DNA from: Escherichia coli
Lineage (GTDB): Bacteria; Pseudomonadota; Gammaproteobacteria; Enterobacterales; Enterobacteriaceae
Direction: 5' to 3' (one strand)
DNA length: 64,000 nucleotides
Assembly: GCF_001677475.2 (NCBI RefSeq)
Contig: NZ_CP015229.1
The position numbers were made by a program, and so were the translations under genes. The notes below the pieces were generated by a model. That model was given only the letters and a program-made list of their open reading frames with translations, did not search any database and was not told where the DNA came from. Numbering within the stretch: position 1 is the first letter of the stretch; each line of letters starts with the position of its first letter. Shown piece by piece: positions 1 through 9,696 of the stretch.

Positions 1-1536
1 TAAGATCTCTTCCATTGAGGAGATCATCGGGATCATGATTTTCAGGCTGCCGTGAGCGGAGGCGCGCAGGATCGAGCGTAGTTGTGTGGTAAATAACGAC
101 GCGTATTCTTCATAAATACGCACCGCGCGATAACCGAGGAACGGGTTAGCTTCTGCCGGAATGTTCAGATAATCAACGGGTTTGTCACCGCCAATGTCCA
201 TAGTGCGCACAATAATGCTGCGTCCGTTGGCGGACTCCAGCGCCTGACAAAAAATGTTGTACAGCTCGCTTTCGCCCGGTGCGCTGGTGCGATCCATATA
301 GAGCATTTCAGTGCGGAACAAACCAACGCCTTCCGCACCATTGCCGAATGCGGCCTGCGCTTCCACGGAGTGAGCGATGTTAGCGGCAATTTCAATGCGG
401 ATACCGTCAGCGGTACGGGCTTGTTGGGTCAGCCAGACACGCTGTTGCTCACGCAGGGCGTCCTGTACGCGGGCTTCCTGCTGATAATAACGAGCTACGG
501 CTTCCCCTGGCTCAACCACAATCGCCCCAGCGTTGCCGTCGATATAAATCGTTTGATGCTGCCACGGAGTGAGGGCATCAATATCCACACCAACCAGCGT
601 CGGAATGTTGAACGAACGGGCAAGGATCACCGTATGTGAGGTGGTGCCGCCGCTTTTGAGCAACAATCCTTTGAGGTGATTTTTATCCAATTCGAGGAAC
701 TGGCTGGGGGTCAGTTCATCAGCCATACAAATGGCGGGCTGCGTCAGTTTGCCCGGTGCCGGGAAGCGTTGCTCACCGTAGATTTGCTGGAGTAACTGGA
801 AGCAGACGTCGCGTACGTCCAGGGCGCGTTCTTGCAGGTAGCTGCTGCTGGAACGGGCGAACTCTTCGCAGAAGTGGTGTGCACTGGCGACAATCGCTTC
901 GGCACAGCTTAATCCCTCGCTGACGCCTGCCAGTAAGTGCTGACGTAAAGAAGTATCGCCAGCCAGGGATCGGTGAGCTTCCAGTATCGCGCTGGTAGCA
1001 CCGTCGCTATCCAGCAGACGAAATTCAATGTTTTTCATCACCAGTGTCAGGCCGTTTTCCAGCGCGGATTGCTCGGCGTCAACGTCTTTGGCTGCGGGAA
1101 GATTACCCAGCGCATTGAGATCTAAAGAAGAGATCGGCGTCAGAATGCCGCCTGCGCTACCGCTGCACACGGTGCGGGCGCGGATAATTTGCGGATTCAG
1201 ATTGGTCAGTGAAACCGGCAGTGGTTCCAGTTCGTCAGATTTTACTTCCGCCAGCGGTGCGTCGCAGTGGGGGAATTCATCGCGCAGCCATTGGCTTAAA
1301 CGCTGGTGCGCTTCCTGTTCGTCGGCCCCGGAAATCAGTAACTGGCAGTTATCGCCCACCAGCGTATCGGTGCCAATCAGCGCAAGGGCGCTTTTGGCGT
1401 TGCCCTTGCGGTCAGTGCGCAGGTTATGCCACTCAATTTGTGATGAAAAAGTATTACACAGCGTTTCAACGTGGCTTGCCGGACGCGCATGTACGCCGTT
1501 AGGTAGCTCACAAATAAATTCCACAATCAGGGCCAT
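1..1536 (-). CDS. ptsA: PTS multiphosphoryl transfer protein (HPr-like plus enzyme I-like domains), N-terminal ~512 codons; 3' end runs off the window start
   Basis: Reverse complement of 1501-1536 reads ATGGCCCTGATTGTGGAATTT (MALIVEF..), in frame down to base 1 where it reads ..SAHGSLKIMIPMISSMEEIL. Absent from ORF track because no stop lies inside the window. Divergent from frwC. Confidence 0.85.
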   Translation of the reverse strand, partial: MALIVEFICELPNGVHARPASHVETLCNTFSSQIEWHNLRTDRKGNAKSALALIGTDTLVGDNCQLLISGADEQEAHQRLSQWLRDEFPHCDAPLAEVKSDELEPLPVSLTNLNPQIIRARTVCSGSAGGILTPISSLDLNALGNLPAAKDVDAEQSALENGLTLVMKNIEFRLLDSDGATSAILEAHRSLAGDTSLRQHLLAGVSEGLSCAEAIVASAHHFCEEFARSSSSYLQERALDVRDVCFQLLQQIYGEQRFPAPGKLTQPAICMADELTPSQFLELDKNHLKGLLLKSGGTTSHTVILARSFNIPTLVGVDIDALTPWQHQTIYIDGNAGAIVVEPGEAVARYYQQEARVQDALREQQRVWLTQQARTADGIRIEIAANIAHSVEAQAAFGNGAEGVGLFRTEMLYMDRTSAPGESELYNIFCQALESANGRSIIVRTMDIGGDKPVDYLNIPAEANPFLGYRAVRIYEEYASLFTTQLRSILRASAHGSLKIMIPMISSMEEIL

Positions 1537-1844
1537 TGCCTCTCTCCCGGTACGGTTTTCTGTTTACAGGATAAGAGCGCATGGCAACGACCTGCCATGT
1601 GACAAATCTGCCAAAAGCTGGACAAATGTAATGTAACCGCCAATTTGCGACGCGTCTCACAAGACGCCGTTTTGCGGCATGCTTCCGGATTATCGCAAGT
1701 TATGAGGCGGATCGCATTTTTGTACTGATATTACAAAAGTCCAGTAAATGGCCTTTTTATCCACTGTTTGCTCCGCCTGCGATTGCCTATTGTTTCCTCC
1801 ATCAAAAATATGGACATGGGCTTTCGCAAGCCCGGGAGCAGCTT

Positions 1845-2924
1845 ATGAATGAGTTGGTGCAGATCCTGAAAAATACCCGTCAGCATTTAATGACGGGCGT
1901 TTCACACATGATTCCCTTCGTGGTATCGGGCGGTATTTTGCTGGCGGTTTCCGTCATGTTGTATGGCAAAGGCGCAGTGCCGGATGCCGTAGCCGATCCG
2001 AATCTGAAAAAACTGTTTGATATCGGCGTTGCGGGTTTGACGCTGATGGTGCCTTTCCTCGCCGCTTACATTGGTTACTCCATTGCAGAGCGTTCTGCGC
2101 TGGCTCCGTGCGCTATCGGTGCCTGGGTCGGCAACAGCTTTGGTGCGGGTTTCTTTGGTGCGCTGATCGCCGGGATTATCGGCGGCATCGTGGTGCATTA
2201 TCTGAAGAAAATTCCGGTGCATAAAGTTCTGCGCTCGGTGATGCCCATCTTCATCATTCCTATCGTCGGCACACTGATTACCGCAGGCATCATGATGTGG
2301 GGCTTGGGCGAGCCTGTAGGGGCGTTGACCAACAGCCTGACTCAGTGGCTACAGGGGATGCAGCAGGGCAGCATTGTTATGCTGGCGGTGATCATGGGGC
2401 TGATGCTGGCGTTCGATATGGGCGGTCCGGTTAACAAAGTGGCCTATGCCTTCATGCTGATTTGCGTTGCTCAGGGTGTTTATACCGTGGTGGCTATTGC
2501 CGCTGTTGGGATTTGTGTTCCACCGCTGGGCATGGGGCTGGCGACGCTGATTGGTCGTAGAAATTTCTCCGCAGAAGAGCGCGAAACCGGTAAAGCAGCG
2601 CTAGTGATGGGGTGCGTTGGGGTTACTGAAGGGGCGATTCCTTTCGCCGCTGCCGATCCGCTGCGTGTTATTCCTTCCATCATGGTCGGTTCAGTTTGTG
2701 GTGCAGTAACTGCGGCGCTGGTCGGTGCGCAGTGCTATGCAGGCTGGGGTGGTCTGATTGTGCTGCCGGTGGTTGAAGGTAAGTTGGGTTATATCGCGGC
2801 AGTGGCTGTCGGGGCGGTTGTGACGGCAGTCTGCGTGAACGTGCTGAAAAGTCTGGCGCGTAAAAATGGGTCTTCGACTGATGAAAAAGAAGACGACCTG
2901 GATTTGGATTTTGAAATTAATTAA
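1845..2924 (+). CDS. frwC: PTS fructose-like permease IIC component
   Basis: 359-aa ORF, polytopic membrane protein, ATG at 1845, position in frw operon. Confidence 0.92.
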   Translation: MNELVQILKNTRQHLMTGVSHMIPFVVSGGILLAVSVMLYGKGAVPDAVADPNLKKLFDIGVAGLTLMVPFLAAYIGYSIAERSALAPCAIGAWVGNSFGAGFFGALIAGIIGGIVVHYLKKIPVHKVLRSVMPIFIIPIVGTLITAGIMMWGLGEPVGALTNSLTQWLQGMQQGSIVMLAVIMGLMLAFDMGGPVNKVAYAFMLICVAQGVYTVVAIAAVGICVPPLGMGLATLIGRRNFSAEERETGKAALVMGCVGVTEGAIPFAAADPLRVIPSIMVGSVCGAVTAALVGAQCYAGWGGLIVLPVVEGKLGYIAAVAVGAVVTAVCVNVLKSLARKNGSSTDEKEDDLDLDFEIN

Positions 2925-2938
2925 TTGAGGAACGAGCC

Positions 2939-3259
2939 ATGACGAAAATTATTGCAGTAACCGCGTGTCCATCTGGTGTTGCCCATACCTATATGGCGGC
3001 AGAGGCGCTGGAAAGTGCCGCGAAAGCGAAAGGCTGGGAAGTGAAAGTAGAAACCCAGGGCTCGATTGGTCTGGAAAATGAACTGACTGCGGAAGACGTG
3101 GCGAGCGCCGATATGGTGATTCTGACCAAAGATATCGGCATCAAGTTTGAAGAGCGTTTTGCTGGCAAGACCATCGTGCGCGTCAACATCAGCGACGCGG
3201 TAAAACGCGCTGATGCCATTATGAGCAAAATTGAAGCTCACCTGGCACAAACCGCTTAA
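2939..3259 (+). CDS. frwB: PTS fructose-like IIB component
   Basis: 106-aa ORF with N-terminal Cys phosphorylation-site motif (VTACPSGVAHTYMAAE). Confidence 0.92.
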   Translation: MTKIIAVTACPSGVAHTYMAAEALESAAKAKGWEVKVETQGSIGLENELTAEDVASADMVILTKDIGIKFEERFAGKTIVRVNISDAVKRADAIMSKIEAHLAQTA

Positions 3260-3309
3260 GTTCTTATCCCGCCCGTAAGGGCGGGTTCGCTTTCCCACAG
3301 GAGTTCCTC

Positions 3310-5607
3310 ATGACGAATCGTATCTCTCGCCTCAAAACTGCACTGTTTGCCAATACCCGTGAAATCTCGCTGGAGCGGGCGCTGCTTTATACCGCCAGCC
3401 ATAAGCAAACCGAAGGCGAACCGGTGATTATTCGTCGGGCAAAAGCCACGGCGTATATCCTTGAACATGTTGAAATTTCGATTCGTGATGAAGAACTGAT
3501 TGCTGGTAACCGCACCGTAAAACCTCGCGCCGGGATTATGTCGCCGGAAATGGATCCTTACTGGTTGCTGAAAGAGCTGGAGCAATTCCCGACGCGACCG
3601 CAGGATCGCTTTGCTATCAGTGAAGAAGATAAACGTATCTACCGCGAAGAGTTGTTCCCGTACTGGGAAAAACGTTCGATGAAAGATTTCATCAACGGGC
3701 AGATGACGGATGAAGTAAAAGCCGCAACCAGCACGCAGATTTTCAGCATCAACCAGACGGATAAAGGCCAGGGGCACATTATTATTGATTACCCACGCCT
3801 GTTGAATCACGGGCTGGGGGAGCTGGTGGCACAGATGCAGCAACATTGTCAGCAACAGCCGGAGAATCACTTTTATCAGGCCGCGCTGTTACTGCTGGAA
3901 GCTTCACAAAAACACATTTTGCGTTACGCCGAACTGGCAGAAACGATGGCGGCAAACTGCACCGATGCCCAGCGTCGCGACGAATTGCTGACTATTGCGG
4001 AGATCTCCCGCCATAACGCGCAACATAAGCCGCAGACGTTCTGGCAGGCGTGCCAGTTATTCTGGTACATGAACATCATTCTGCAATACGAATCCAACGC
4101 CAGTTCGCTGTCGTTAGGGCGCTTCGACCAGTATATGTTGCCGTTCTATCAGACATCATTAACCCAGGGCGAAGACCCGGCGTTCCTGAAAGAACTGCTC
4201 GAATCTTTATGGGTGAAGTGCAACGACATCGTGCTGTTACGCTCCACCAGCAGCGCGCGCTATTTCGCAGGTTTCCCGACCGGCTATACCGCGCTGCTCG
4301 GCGGTTTAACGGAAAACGGACGTAGTGCGGTGAACGTGCTTTCGTTCCTCTGCCTCGACGCCTATCAAAGCGTGCAATTACCGCAACCGAACCTGGGCGT
4401 GCGCACTAACGCCTTGATCGACACGCCGTTCCTGATGAAAACCGCAGAAACCATTCGCCTCGGCACCGGTATTCCGCAAATCTTTAACGATGAAGTGGTG
4501 GTGCCAGCGTTCCTCAACCGTGGCGTTTCGCTGGAAGATGCGCGCGACTATTCAGTAGTGGGCTGTGTGGAATTATCTATTCCCGGCAGAACCTACGGCT
4601 TGCATGACATCGCGATGTTTAACCTGCTGAAAGTGATGGAAATCTGCCTGCATGAAAATGAAGGCAATGCTGCGCTGACTTATGAAGGTTTACTGGAGCA
4701 GATCCGCGCCAAGATCAGCCACTACATCACCCTGATGGTTGAGGGCAGCAATATTTGCGATATCGGTCACCGTGACTGGGCACCTGTACCGCTGCTCTCA
4801 TCGTTTATCAGCGATTGTCTGGAAAAAGGCCGCGATATTACCGATGGCGGTGCGCGTTATAACTTCTCCGGCGTACAGGGGATCGGTATCGCCAACCTGA
4901 GCGATTCTCTCCATGCGTTGAAAGGTATGGTTTTTGAGCAACAGCGTTTAAGTTTTGACGAATTGCTGTCGGTATTAAAAGCCAACTTTGCAACGCCAGA
5001 AGGCGAAAAAGTCCGCGCTCGCTTAATTAACCGCTTTGAGAAATACGGTAACGATATCGACGAGGTGGATAACATTAGCGCCGAACTGTTGCGCCACTAC
5101 TGCAAAGAAGTGGAAAAATACCAGAACCCGCGCGGCGGCTACTTCACGCCGGGATCGTATACCGTTTCTGCTCACGTCCCGTTGGGATCGGTGGTTGGCG
5201 CGACGCCAGACGGTCGTTTTGCCGGGGAACAACTGGCAGACGGCGGCTTGTCACCTATGCTGGGTCAGGACGCACAAGGGCCAACGGCGGTACTGAAGTC
5301 AGTCAGTAAGCTCGATAATACGCTGCTGTCTAACGGTACGTTGCTGAACGTGAAATTCACTCCGGCGACCCTGGAAGGTGAAGCGGGATTACGCAAACTG
5401 GCCGACTTCTTACGGGCGTTTACCCAGCTTAAGTTGCAGCATATTCAGTTTAACGTGGTGAACGCCGACACGTTGCGGGAAGCGCAACAGCGCCCACAAG
5501 ATTATGCCGGGCTGGTGGTGCGCGTTGCCGGATACAGCGCCTTCTTTGTCGAATTGTCGAAGGAGATCCAGGATGACATCATCCGCCGGACAGCGCATCA
5601 GCTGTAA
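3310..5607 (+). CDS. pflD: Glycyl radical enzyme (annotated formate acetyltransferase 2)
   Basis: 765-aa ORF; C-terminal glycyl radical motif RVAGYSAFF; catalytic-loop-like GCVE. Confidence 0.93.
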   Translation: MTNRISRLKTALFANTREISLERALLYTASHKQTEGEPVIIRRAKATAYILEHVEISIRDEELIAGNRTVKPRAGIMSPEMDPYWLLKELEQFPTRPQDRFAISEEDKRIYREELFPYWEKRSMKDFINGQMTDEVKAATSTQIFSINQTDKGQGHIIIDYPRLLNHGLGELVAQMQQHCQQQPENHFYQAALLLLEASQKHILRYAELAETMAANCTDAQRRDELLTIAEISRHNAQHKPQTFWQACQLFWYMNIILQYESNASSLSLGRFDQYMLPFYQTSLTQGEDPAFLKELLESLWVKCNDIVLLRSTSSARYFAGFPTGYTALLGGLTENGRSAVNVLSFLCLDAYQSVQLPQPNLGVRTNALIDTPFLMKTAETIRLGTGIPQIFNDEVVVPAFLNRGVSLEDARDYSVVGCVELSIPGRTYGLHDIAMFNLLKVMEICLHENEGNAALTYEGLLEQIRAKISHYITLMVEGSNICDIGHRDWAPVPLLSSFISDCLEKGRDITDGGARYNFSGVQGIGIANLSDSLHALKGMVFEQQRLSFDELLSVLKANFATPEGEKVRARLINRFEKYGNDIDEVDNISAELLRHYCKEVEKYQNPRGGYFTPGSYTVSAHVPLGSVVGATPDGRFAGEQLADGGLSPMLGQDAQGPTAVLKSVSKLDNTLLSNGTLLNVKFTPATLEGEAGLRKLADFLRAFTQLKLQHIQFNVVNADTLREAQQRPQDYAGLVVRVAGYSAFFVELSKEIQDDIIRRTAHQL

Positions 5608-6451
5608 CGTTGTGGAAACGCGCCGCAATGATGTGGCGCGCATTTTCAACATTCAGCGTTATTCACTGAATGACGGCGAGGGCATTCGTACGGTGGTCTT
5701 TTTTAAAGGCTGTCCGCATCTTTGCCCATGGTGTGCTAATCCGGAGTCGATCTCCGGCAAAATCCAGACGGTACGCAGAGAGGCGAAATGTCTGCACTGT
5801 GCGAAATGTTTGCGTGATGCGGATGAATGCCCGTCCGGGGCGTTTGAACGGATTGGTCGCGATATCAGCCTTGACGCGCTGGAGCGGGAAGTGATGAAAG
5901 ATGACATTTTCTTTCGCACGTCCGGCGGCGGCGTCACGCTTTCTGGCGGCGAAGTGTTAATGCAGGCGGAGTTTGCGACCCGTTTTTTACAGCGACTTCG
6001 GCTGTGGGGGGTGTCATGCGCCATTGAAACTGCCGGAGACGCGCCAACCAGCAAGTTGTTACCGCTGGCGAAATTGTGCGATGAAGTGTTGTTCGATTTA
6101 AAAATTATGGACGTAACTCAGGCGCGGGATGTGGTGAAGATGAACCTGCCACGCGTGCTGGAGAATTTGCGTTTGCTGGTGAGTGAGGGTGTCAACGTGA
6201 TCCCGCGTTTACCGCTGATCCCTGGTTTCACGCTCAGCCGGGAGAATATGCAGCAGGCGCTGGACGTGCTGATCCCGCTGAATATCAGGCAGATCCATCT
6301 GTTACCGTTTCATCAGTACGGCGAACCAAAATACCGCCTGCTGGGGAAAACATGGTCGATGAAAGAGGTTGCTGCGCCGTCGTCAGCCGATGTGGCAACG
6401 ATGCGCGAAATGGCAGAACGGGCCGGATTTCAGGTTACCGTGGGAGGTTAA
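5573..6451 (+). CDS. pflC: Glycyl radical enzyme activating enzyme (radical SAM)
   Basis: ORF-track 5504..6451 trimmed to internal ATG at 5573 (MTSSAGQRISCNVVE..), giving 292 aa; CPHLCPWC radical-SAM triad; overlaps pflD 3' end by 35 bp. Confidence 0.9.
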   Translation: MTSSAGQRISCNVVETRRNDVARIFNIQRYSLNDGEGIRTVVFFKGCPHLCPWCANPESISGKIQTVRREAKCLHCAKCLRDADECPSGAFERIGRDISLDALEREVMKDDIFFRTSGGGVTLSGGEVLMQAEFATRFLQRLRLWGVSCAIETAGDAPTSKLLPLAKLCDEVLFDLKIMDVTQARDVVKMNLPRVLENLRLLVSEGVNVIPRLPLIPGFTLSRENMQQALDVLIPLNIRQIHLLPFHQYGEPKYRLLGKTWSMKEVAAPSSADVATMREMAERAGFQVTVGG

Positions 6452-6452
6452 A

Positions 6453-6794
6453 ATGGCATATCTGGTGGCAGTAACCGCCTGCGTAAGCGGCGTGGCGCAT
6501 ACTTATATGGCGGCGGAACGGCTGGAAAAGTTGTGCCAGTTAGAGAAGTGGGGCGTCAGCATTGAAACTCAGGGCGCGCTGGGAACGGAGAATCGTTTAG
6601 CGGACGAGGATATCCGCCGGGCGGATGTTGCGCTGCTGATTACGGATATCGAGCTTGCCGGTGCCGAGCGATTTGAACATTGCCGCTACGTGCAATGCAG
6701 CATCTACGCTTTCCTGCGTGAGCCGCAGCGGGTGATGAGCGCGGTACGCAAAGTGCTTTCTGCGCCGCAGCAAACCCATCTTATTCTGGAGTAG
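6453..6794 (+). CDS. frwD: PTS fructose-like IIB component 2
   Basis: ORF-track 6369..6794 trimmed to ATG 6453 (MAYLVAVTACVSGVAHTYMAAE..), 113 aa; paralog of frwB. Confidence 0.9.
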   Translation: MAYLVAVTACVSGVAHTYMAAERLEKLCQLEKWGVSIETQGALGTENRLADEDIRRADVALLITDIELAGAERFEHCRYVQCSIYAFLREPQRVMSAVRKVLSAPQQTHLILE

Positions 6795-7632
6795 TCGGTT
6801 TTTCTGTCAGTTGGCTGTGGTACTGCCGACGATATTCCGACGGTGAGCGTTCGGTATTTTTACGAAACAGACGGCAGAAGTAGTTGCTGTCGACAAAGCC
6901 GCAGGCGTGCGCCACTTCTTTTACCTTCAGGTCATAGCCTTTCAATAACGTCTTAGCGTGCTCCAGTCGCGTGTGATTCAGGTATTCGTTAAAACCAATG
7001 GCCCCCGTTTTTTGAAACAGGTGCGAGAGGTAATTTGGCGAAATATAGAATGCCTGTGCGACAGATTCGCGGGTAAGCGCGGAGGCATAGCGTTCGTCGA
7101 TATAATCACGAATAGCTTCGAACAGTGCCTGGCTGCGTGAGGCGGTCTGGATTTGGCTGCCAAGCAAATCGCGGCAGTGGCTAAGCAGGCTGGCGACGAT
7201 AAGCCTTGCCGTTTGCTGCTCTTGCGACTGCATTTGCATTTCATTGAGCGTTTGTAGCAGAAAAGAACCAATGCGCGGGCCGCGTCGGGCGACGTGTTGC
7301 TTCGCCAGATTTTGATATTGTTTGCCATCCCATTGCACGACGCTGAAGCCGAGTTGCTGTTTGCCAAACAGCACGCTAAAGGTAGTGGCGGGGGCTTGCC
7401 ATTGTGGAAAATTCCAGCCACCAGCGGGAACGTACAGCACATCGCCGGGAACTAACGTTGCTCCAGCGCCGGTATCAACAAACTCACCTTCCAGCACAAT
7501 TTCCAGCCGTGGAAAATCGACCTGATACGCGAGATCGGGGACCGGACCGTTGCTGCTGGCAAAGTAAATCTGGCGCAGGGACAGCGGGCCGTTGATCAGG
7601 CGGGAGAGCAGATAGCTGACGTCGTGATACAT
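6781..7632 (-). CDS. yijO: AraC-family transcriptional regulator
   Basis: 283-aa ORF with C-terminal AraC-type HTH region; convergent with frwD, 14-bp overlap. Confidence 0.9.
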   Translation of the reverse strand: MYHDVSYLLSRLINGPLSLRQIYFASSNGPVPDLAYQVDFPRLEIVLEGEFVDTGAGATLVPGDVLYVPAGGWNFPQWQAPATTFSVLFGKQQLGFSVVQWDGKQYQNLAKQHVARRGPRIGSFLLQTLNEMQMQSQEQQTARLIVASLLSHCRDLLGSQIQTASRSQALFEAIRDYIDERYASALTRESVAQAFYISPNYLSHLFQKTGAIGFNEYLNHTRLEHAKTLLKGYDLKVKEVAHACGFVDSNYFCRLFRKNTERSPSEYRRQYHSQLTEKPTTPE

Positions 7633-7675
7633 GTTATTCCCTTAGGTATGTAGACGGGAAAACAGTAACTGGCAT

Positions 7676-7707
7676 TATTAAAAAAGGCCACCTGAAAAGT
7701 GTGGCCT
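7676..7707 (-). terminator. Intrinsic terminator downstream of eptC
   Basis: On minus strand, hairpin aggccacacttttcaggtggcct followed by a T-run. Confidence 0.6.
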
Positions 7708-7780
7708 GAGGGGAGTTCGATGTAAACATTGCGACAGTATCGCATCCGGCAAATAGCGCCAGACGCGATACAAAGGTCAT

Positions 7781-9514
7781 TTACTGATTACCTACCTGGT
7801 CGCCATACGGCAGCGTGTCGTAATCGATCAGCGCGTTTTTCTTGTACGGGTTACCAATCCAGCGGGTAGTTTCTTTGAACTGCGGATTCACCACTGAACG
7901 GGTTGGGTCGTAACCGTCGTAAGATAAGCCCGCCAAATCTGACCAGGTGTGGATCAGTTCCGCCAGGCTGTATTTACGATCAACATCCTGTGAGAAATCA
8001 CGCGGATGAGTCGCTTGCCATTTTTCCGACGTCCACAGCAGGAACGGAATGGTGTACATATGACGCGTCGGGTTGTCCTCATTACGCCCCTGAGTTTTGT
8101 GCGGCGGCGTGTCGTAAACCTCTTCACCGTGGTCAGAGAAGTAAACCAGGAAACCGTTCGGGTCTGCTGCTTTAAAGTCTTTAATCAGGCTGGCAACCAC
8201 ATGATCGTTATACAAGTTAGCGTTGTCATAATCGTTATATGACTCCAGTTCTTCTGCGCTTAATCCCGGCGGAACATGATCGGTATTGCCATCAAACTTG
8301 CCCTGATTTTCCGGGTAGCGGTATTTGTATTTGATATGCGTACCCAGCAGATGAACGATGATCAGTTTCTTCGGCGCAGGGTCATTCAGCACTTCCTGGA
8401 ACGGCTTCAGCACGTTGGTGTCGTATTCACGCGCACTCTGCGTACGTTGCTGGTTCATGTAGTACTGCTTGTCGGTCTGGCGCGAAAATACCGTCAGCAT
8501 GGTATTGCGGGCGGTCATCGTCTGCTGGTTGGTGATCCAGAAGGTTTTATAACCTGCCTGTTTCATCATGTTCATCAGCGACGGCTGTGTCAGATACAGG
8601 TCCGGGTTCTTTTCATTGGCAAAAGTCAGCGCCTGTTGCAGGATTTCAATGGTGTACGGACGAGACGTCACCACGTTATTAAACACGGTCAGATTCGGAT
8701 CGGTTTTATGCAGCGCATCCAGCTCCGGCGTGGTTTCACGCGGATAACCGTACAGACTCATGCGGCCACGCTGGGTCGACTCGCCAATCACCAGCACTAA
8801 AGTGCGCGGTTCGTTACCCGATTCATCTTTGAAATTCGCCAACGGCGGCAAGGCATTATTTTCATTCAGTAGCTTTGTTAGCGAGTTTAGTTGCTGACGA
8901 TACTGATAATAGCCGGTCAGGAATTGCCACGGTGCGGCAGGCTCCATACGCGATGCCAGGTTATCCAACGTTTTCTCAAACGGCTTGTTTTTGATAAACG
9001 TATTCATGGCGATCGGATGCAGAATCAAGCCATAAAGCAGGGCAAAAGAGACAACATAACGCCACGGCTTTGGAATATAGACCGGGCGCAGGCGTGTCCA
9101 CAGCAGAACTGCCACCGCCGTATAGGCCAGCGCGATAAGCACAATTTTCAGGCTGAAATACTGGCTTAAATACTCGCTGGCTTCGTTGGTGTTGGTTTCG
9201 AACATCACAAACAGAACGCTCTGCGAGAACTCCTGACCGTAGATGACGTAGTAGCACAGCGCCGCCAGAGAGGCCGCCCATAGCACCACGCCGATTACTG
9301 CGGCAATAATTTTAATCCGCTTCGGAAAGAGGAATACCGGGATCAACCACAGCGAACTGAATAACAGCGAGTCGCGAATGCCGTTAGTGCCACTATAACC
9401 ACTGATGTAAATAATGGCCTGTAGCAGAGTAGAGAAAAACCAAAAGTAGAGCAGTGCCCAACCCAGGGCTTTCCAGCTAAAAAGAGGTTTAGCCTGGACT
9501 TCTGTGGAATGCAT
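7781..9514 (-). CDS. eptC: Phosphoethanolamine transferase (LPS core modification)
   Basis: ORF-track 7781..9559 trimmed to Met at 9514 (MHSTEVQAKPLFSWKAL..), 577 aa; N-terminal TM helices plus sulfatase-like domain. Confidence 0.9.
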   Translation of the reverse strand: MHSTEVQAKPLFSWKALGWALLYFWFFSTLLQAIIYISGYSGTNGIRDSLLFSSLWLIPVFLFPKRIKIIAAVIGVVLWAASLAALCYYVIYGQEFSQSVLFVMFETNTNEASEYLSQYFSLKIVLIALAYTAVAVLLWTRLRPVYIPKPWRYVVSFALLYGLILHPIAMNTFIKNKPFEKTLDNLASRMEPAAPWQFLTGYYQYRQQLNSLTKLLNENNALPPLANFKDESGNEPRTLVLVIGESTQRGRMSLYGYPRETTPELDALHKTDPNLTVFNNVVTSRPYTIEILQQALTFANEKNPDLYLTQPSLMNMMKQAGYKTFWITNQQTMTARNTMLTVFSRQTDKQYYMNQQRTQSAREYDTNVLKPFQEVLNDPAPKKLIIVHLLGTHIKYKYRYPENQGKFDGNTDHVPPGLSAEELESYNDYDNANLYNDHVVASLIKDFKAADPNGFLVYFSDHGEEVYDTPPHKTQGRNEDNPTRHMYTIPFLLWTSEKWQATHPRDFSQDVDRKYSLAELIHTWSDLAGLSYDGYDPTRSVVNPQFKETTRWIGNPYKKNALIDYDTLPYGDQVGNQ

Positions 9515-9649
9515 AGTAAGAACCTGTCTTGAAAAAAATATCGCCGAATGTACCGACAATTCCTTAAGGATATCTGAAGGGATATCCAGAATTTGAATAA
9601 AATGCAGACAGAAATATATTGAAAACGAGGGTGTTAGAACAGAAGTATT

Positions 9650-9682
9650 TCAGAAAACCCTCGCGCAAAAGCGCGAGGGTTT
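9650..9682 (-). terminator. Intrinsic terminator of ppc
   Basis: GC-rich hairpin ccctcgcgc..gcgcgaggg followed by a T-run on minus strand, just 3' of the ppc stop. Confidence 0.7.
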
Positions 9683-9696
9683 GCAGGAGAGGAAGA

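Noticed and set aside
1028-1636. Plus-strand ORFs of 202 and 97 aa at the left edge
   Set aside because: They overlap the clearly identifiable minus-strand ptsA coding sequence and extend into its promoter region; they are out-of-frame shadow ORFs.
7781-9559. N-terminally extended versions of several genes in the ORF track (eptC, argE, argB, oxyR, btuB, murI, coaA, pflC, frwD, thiG, thiS, thiF, zraP, nfi, rpoB)
   Set aside because: The longest-ORF start lies upstream of the start matching the known protein N-terminus and expected length; the internal start codon was used in each case.
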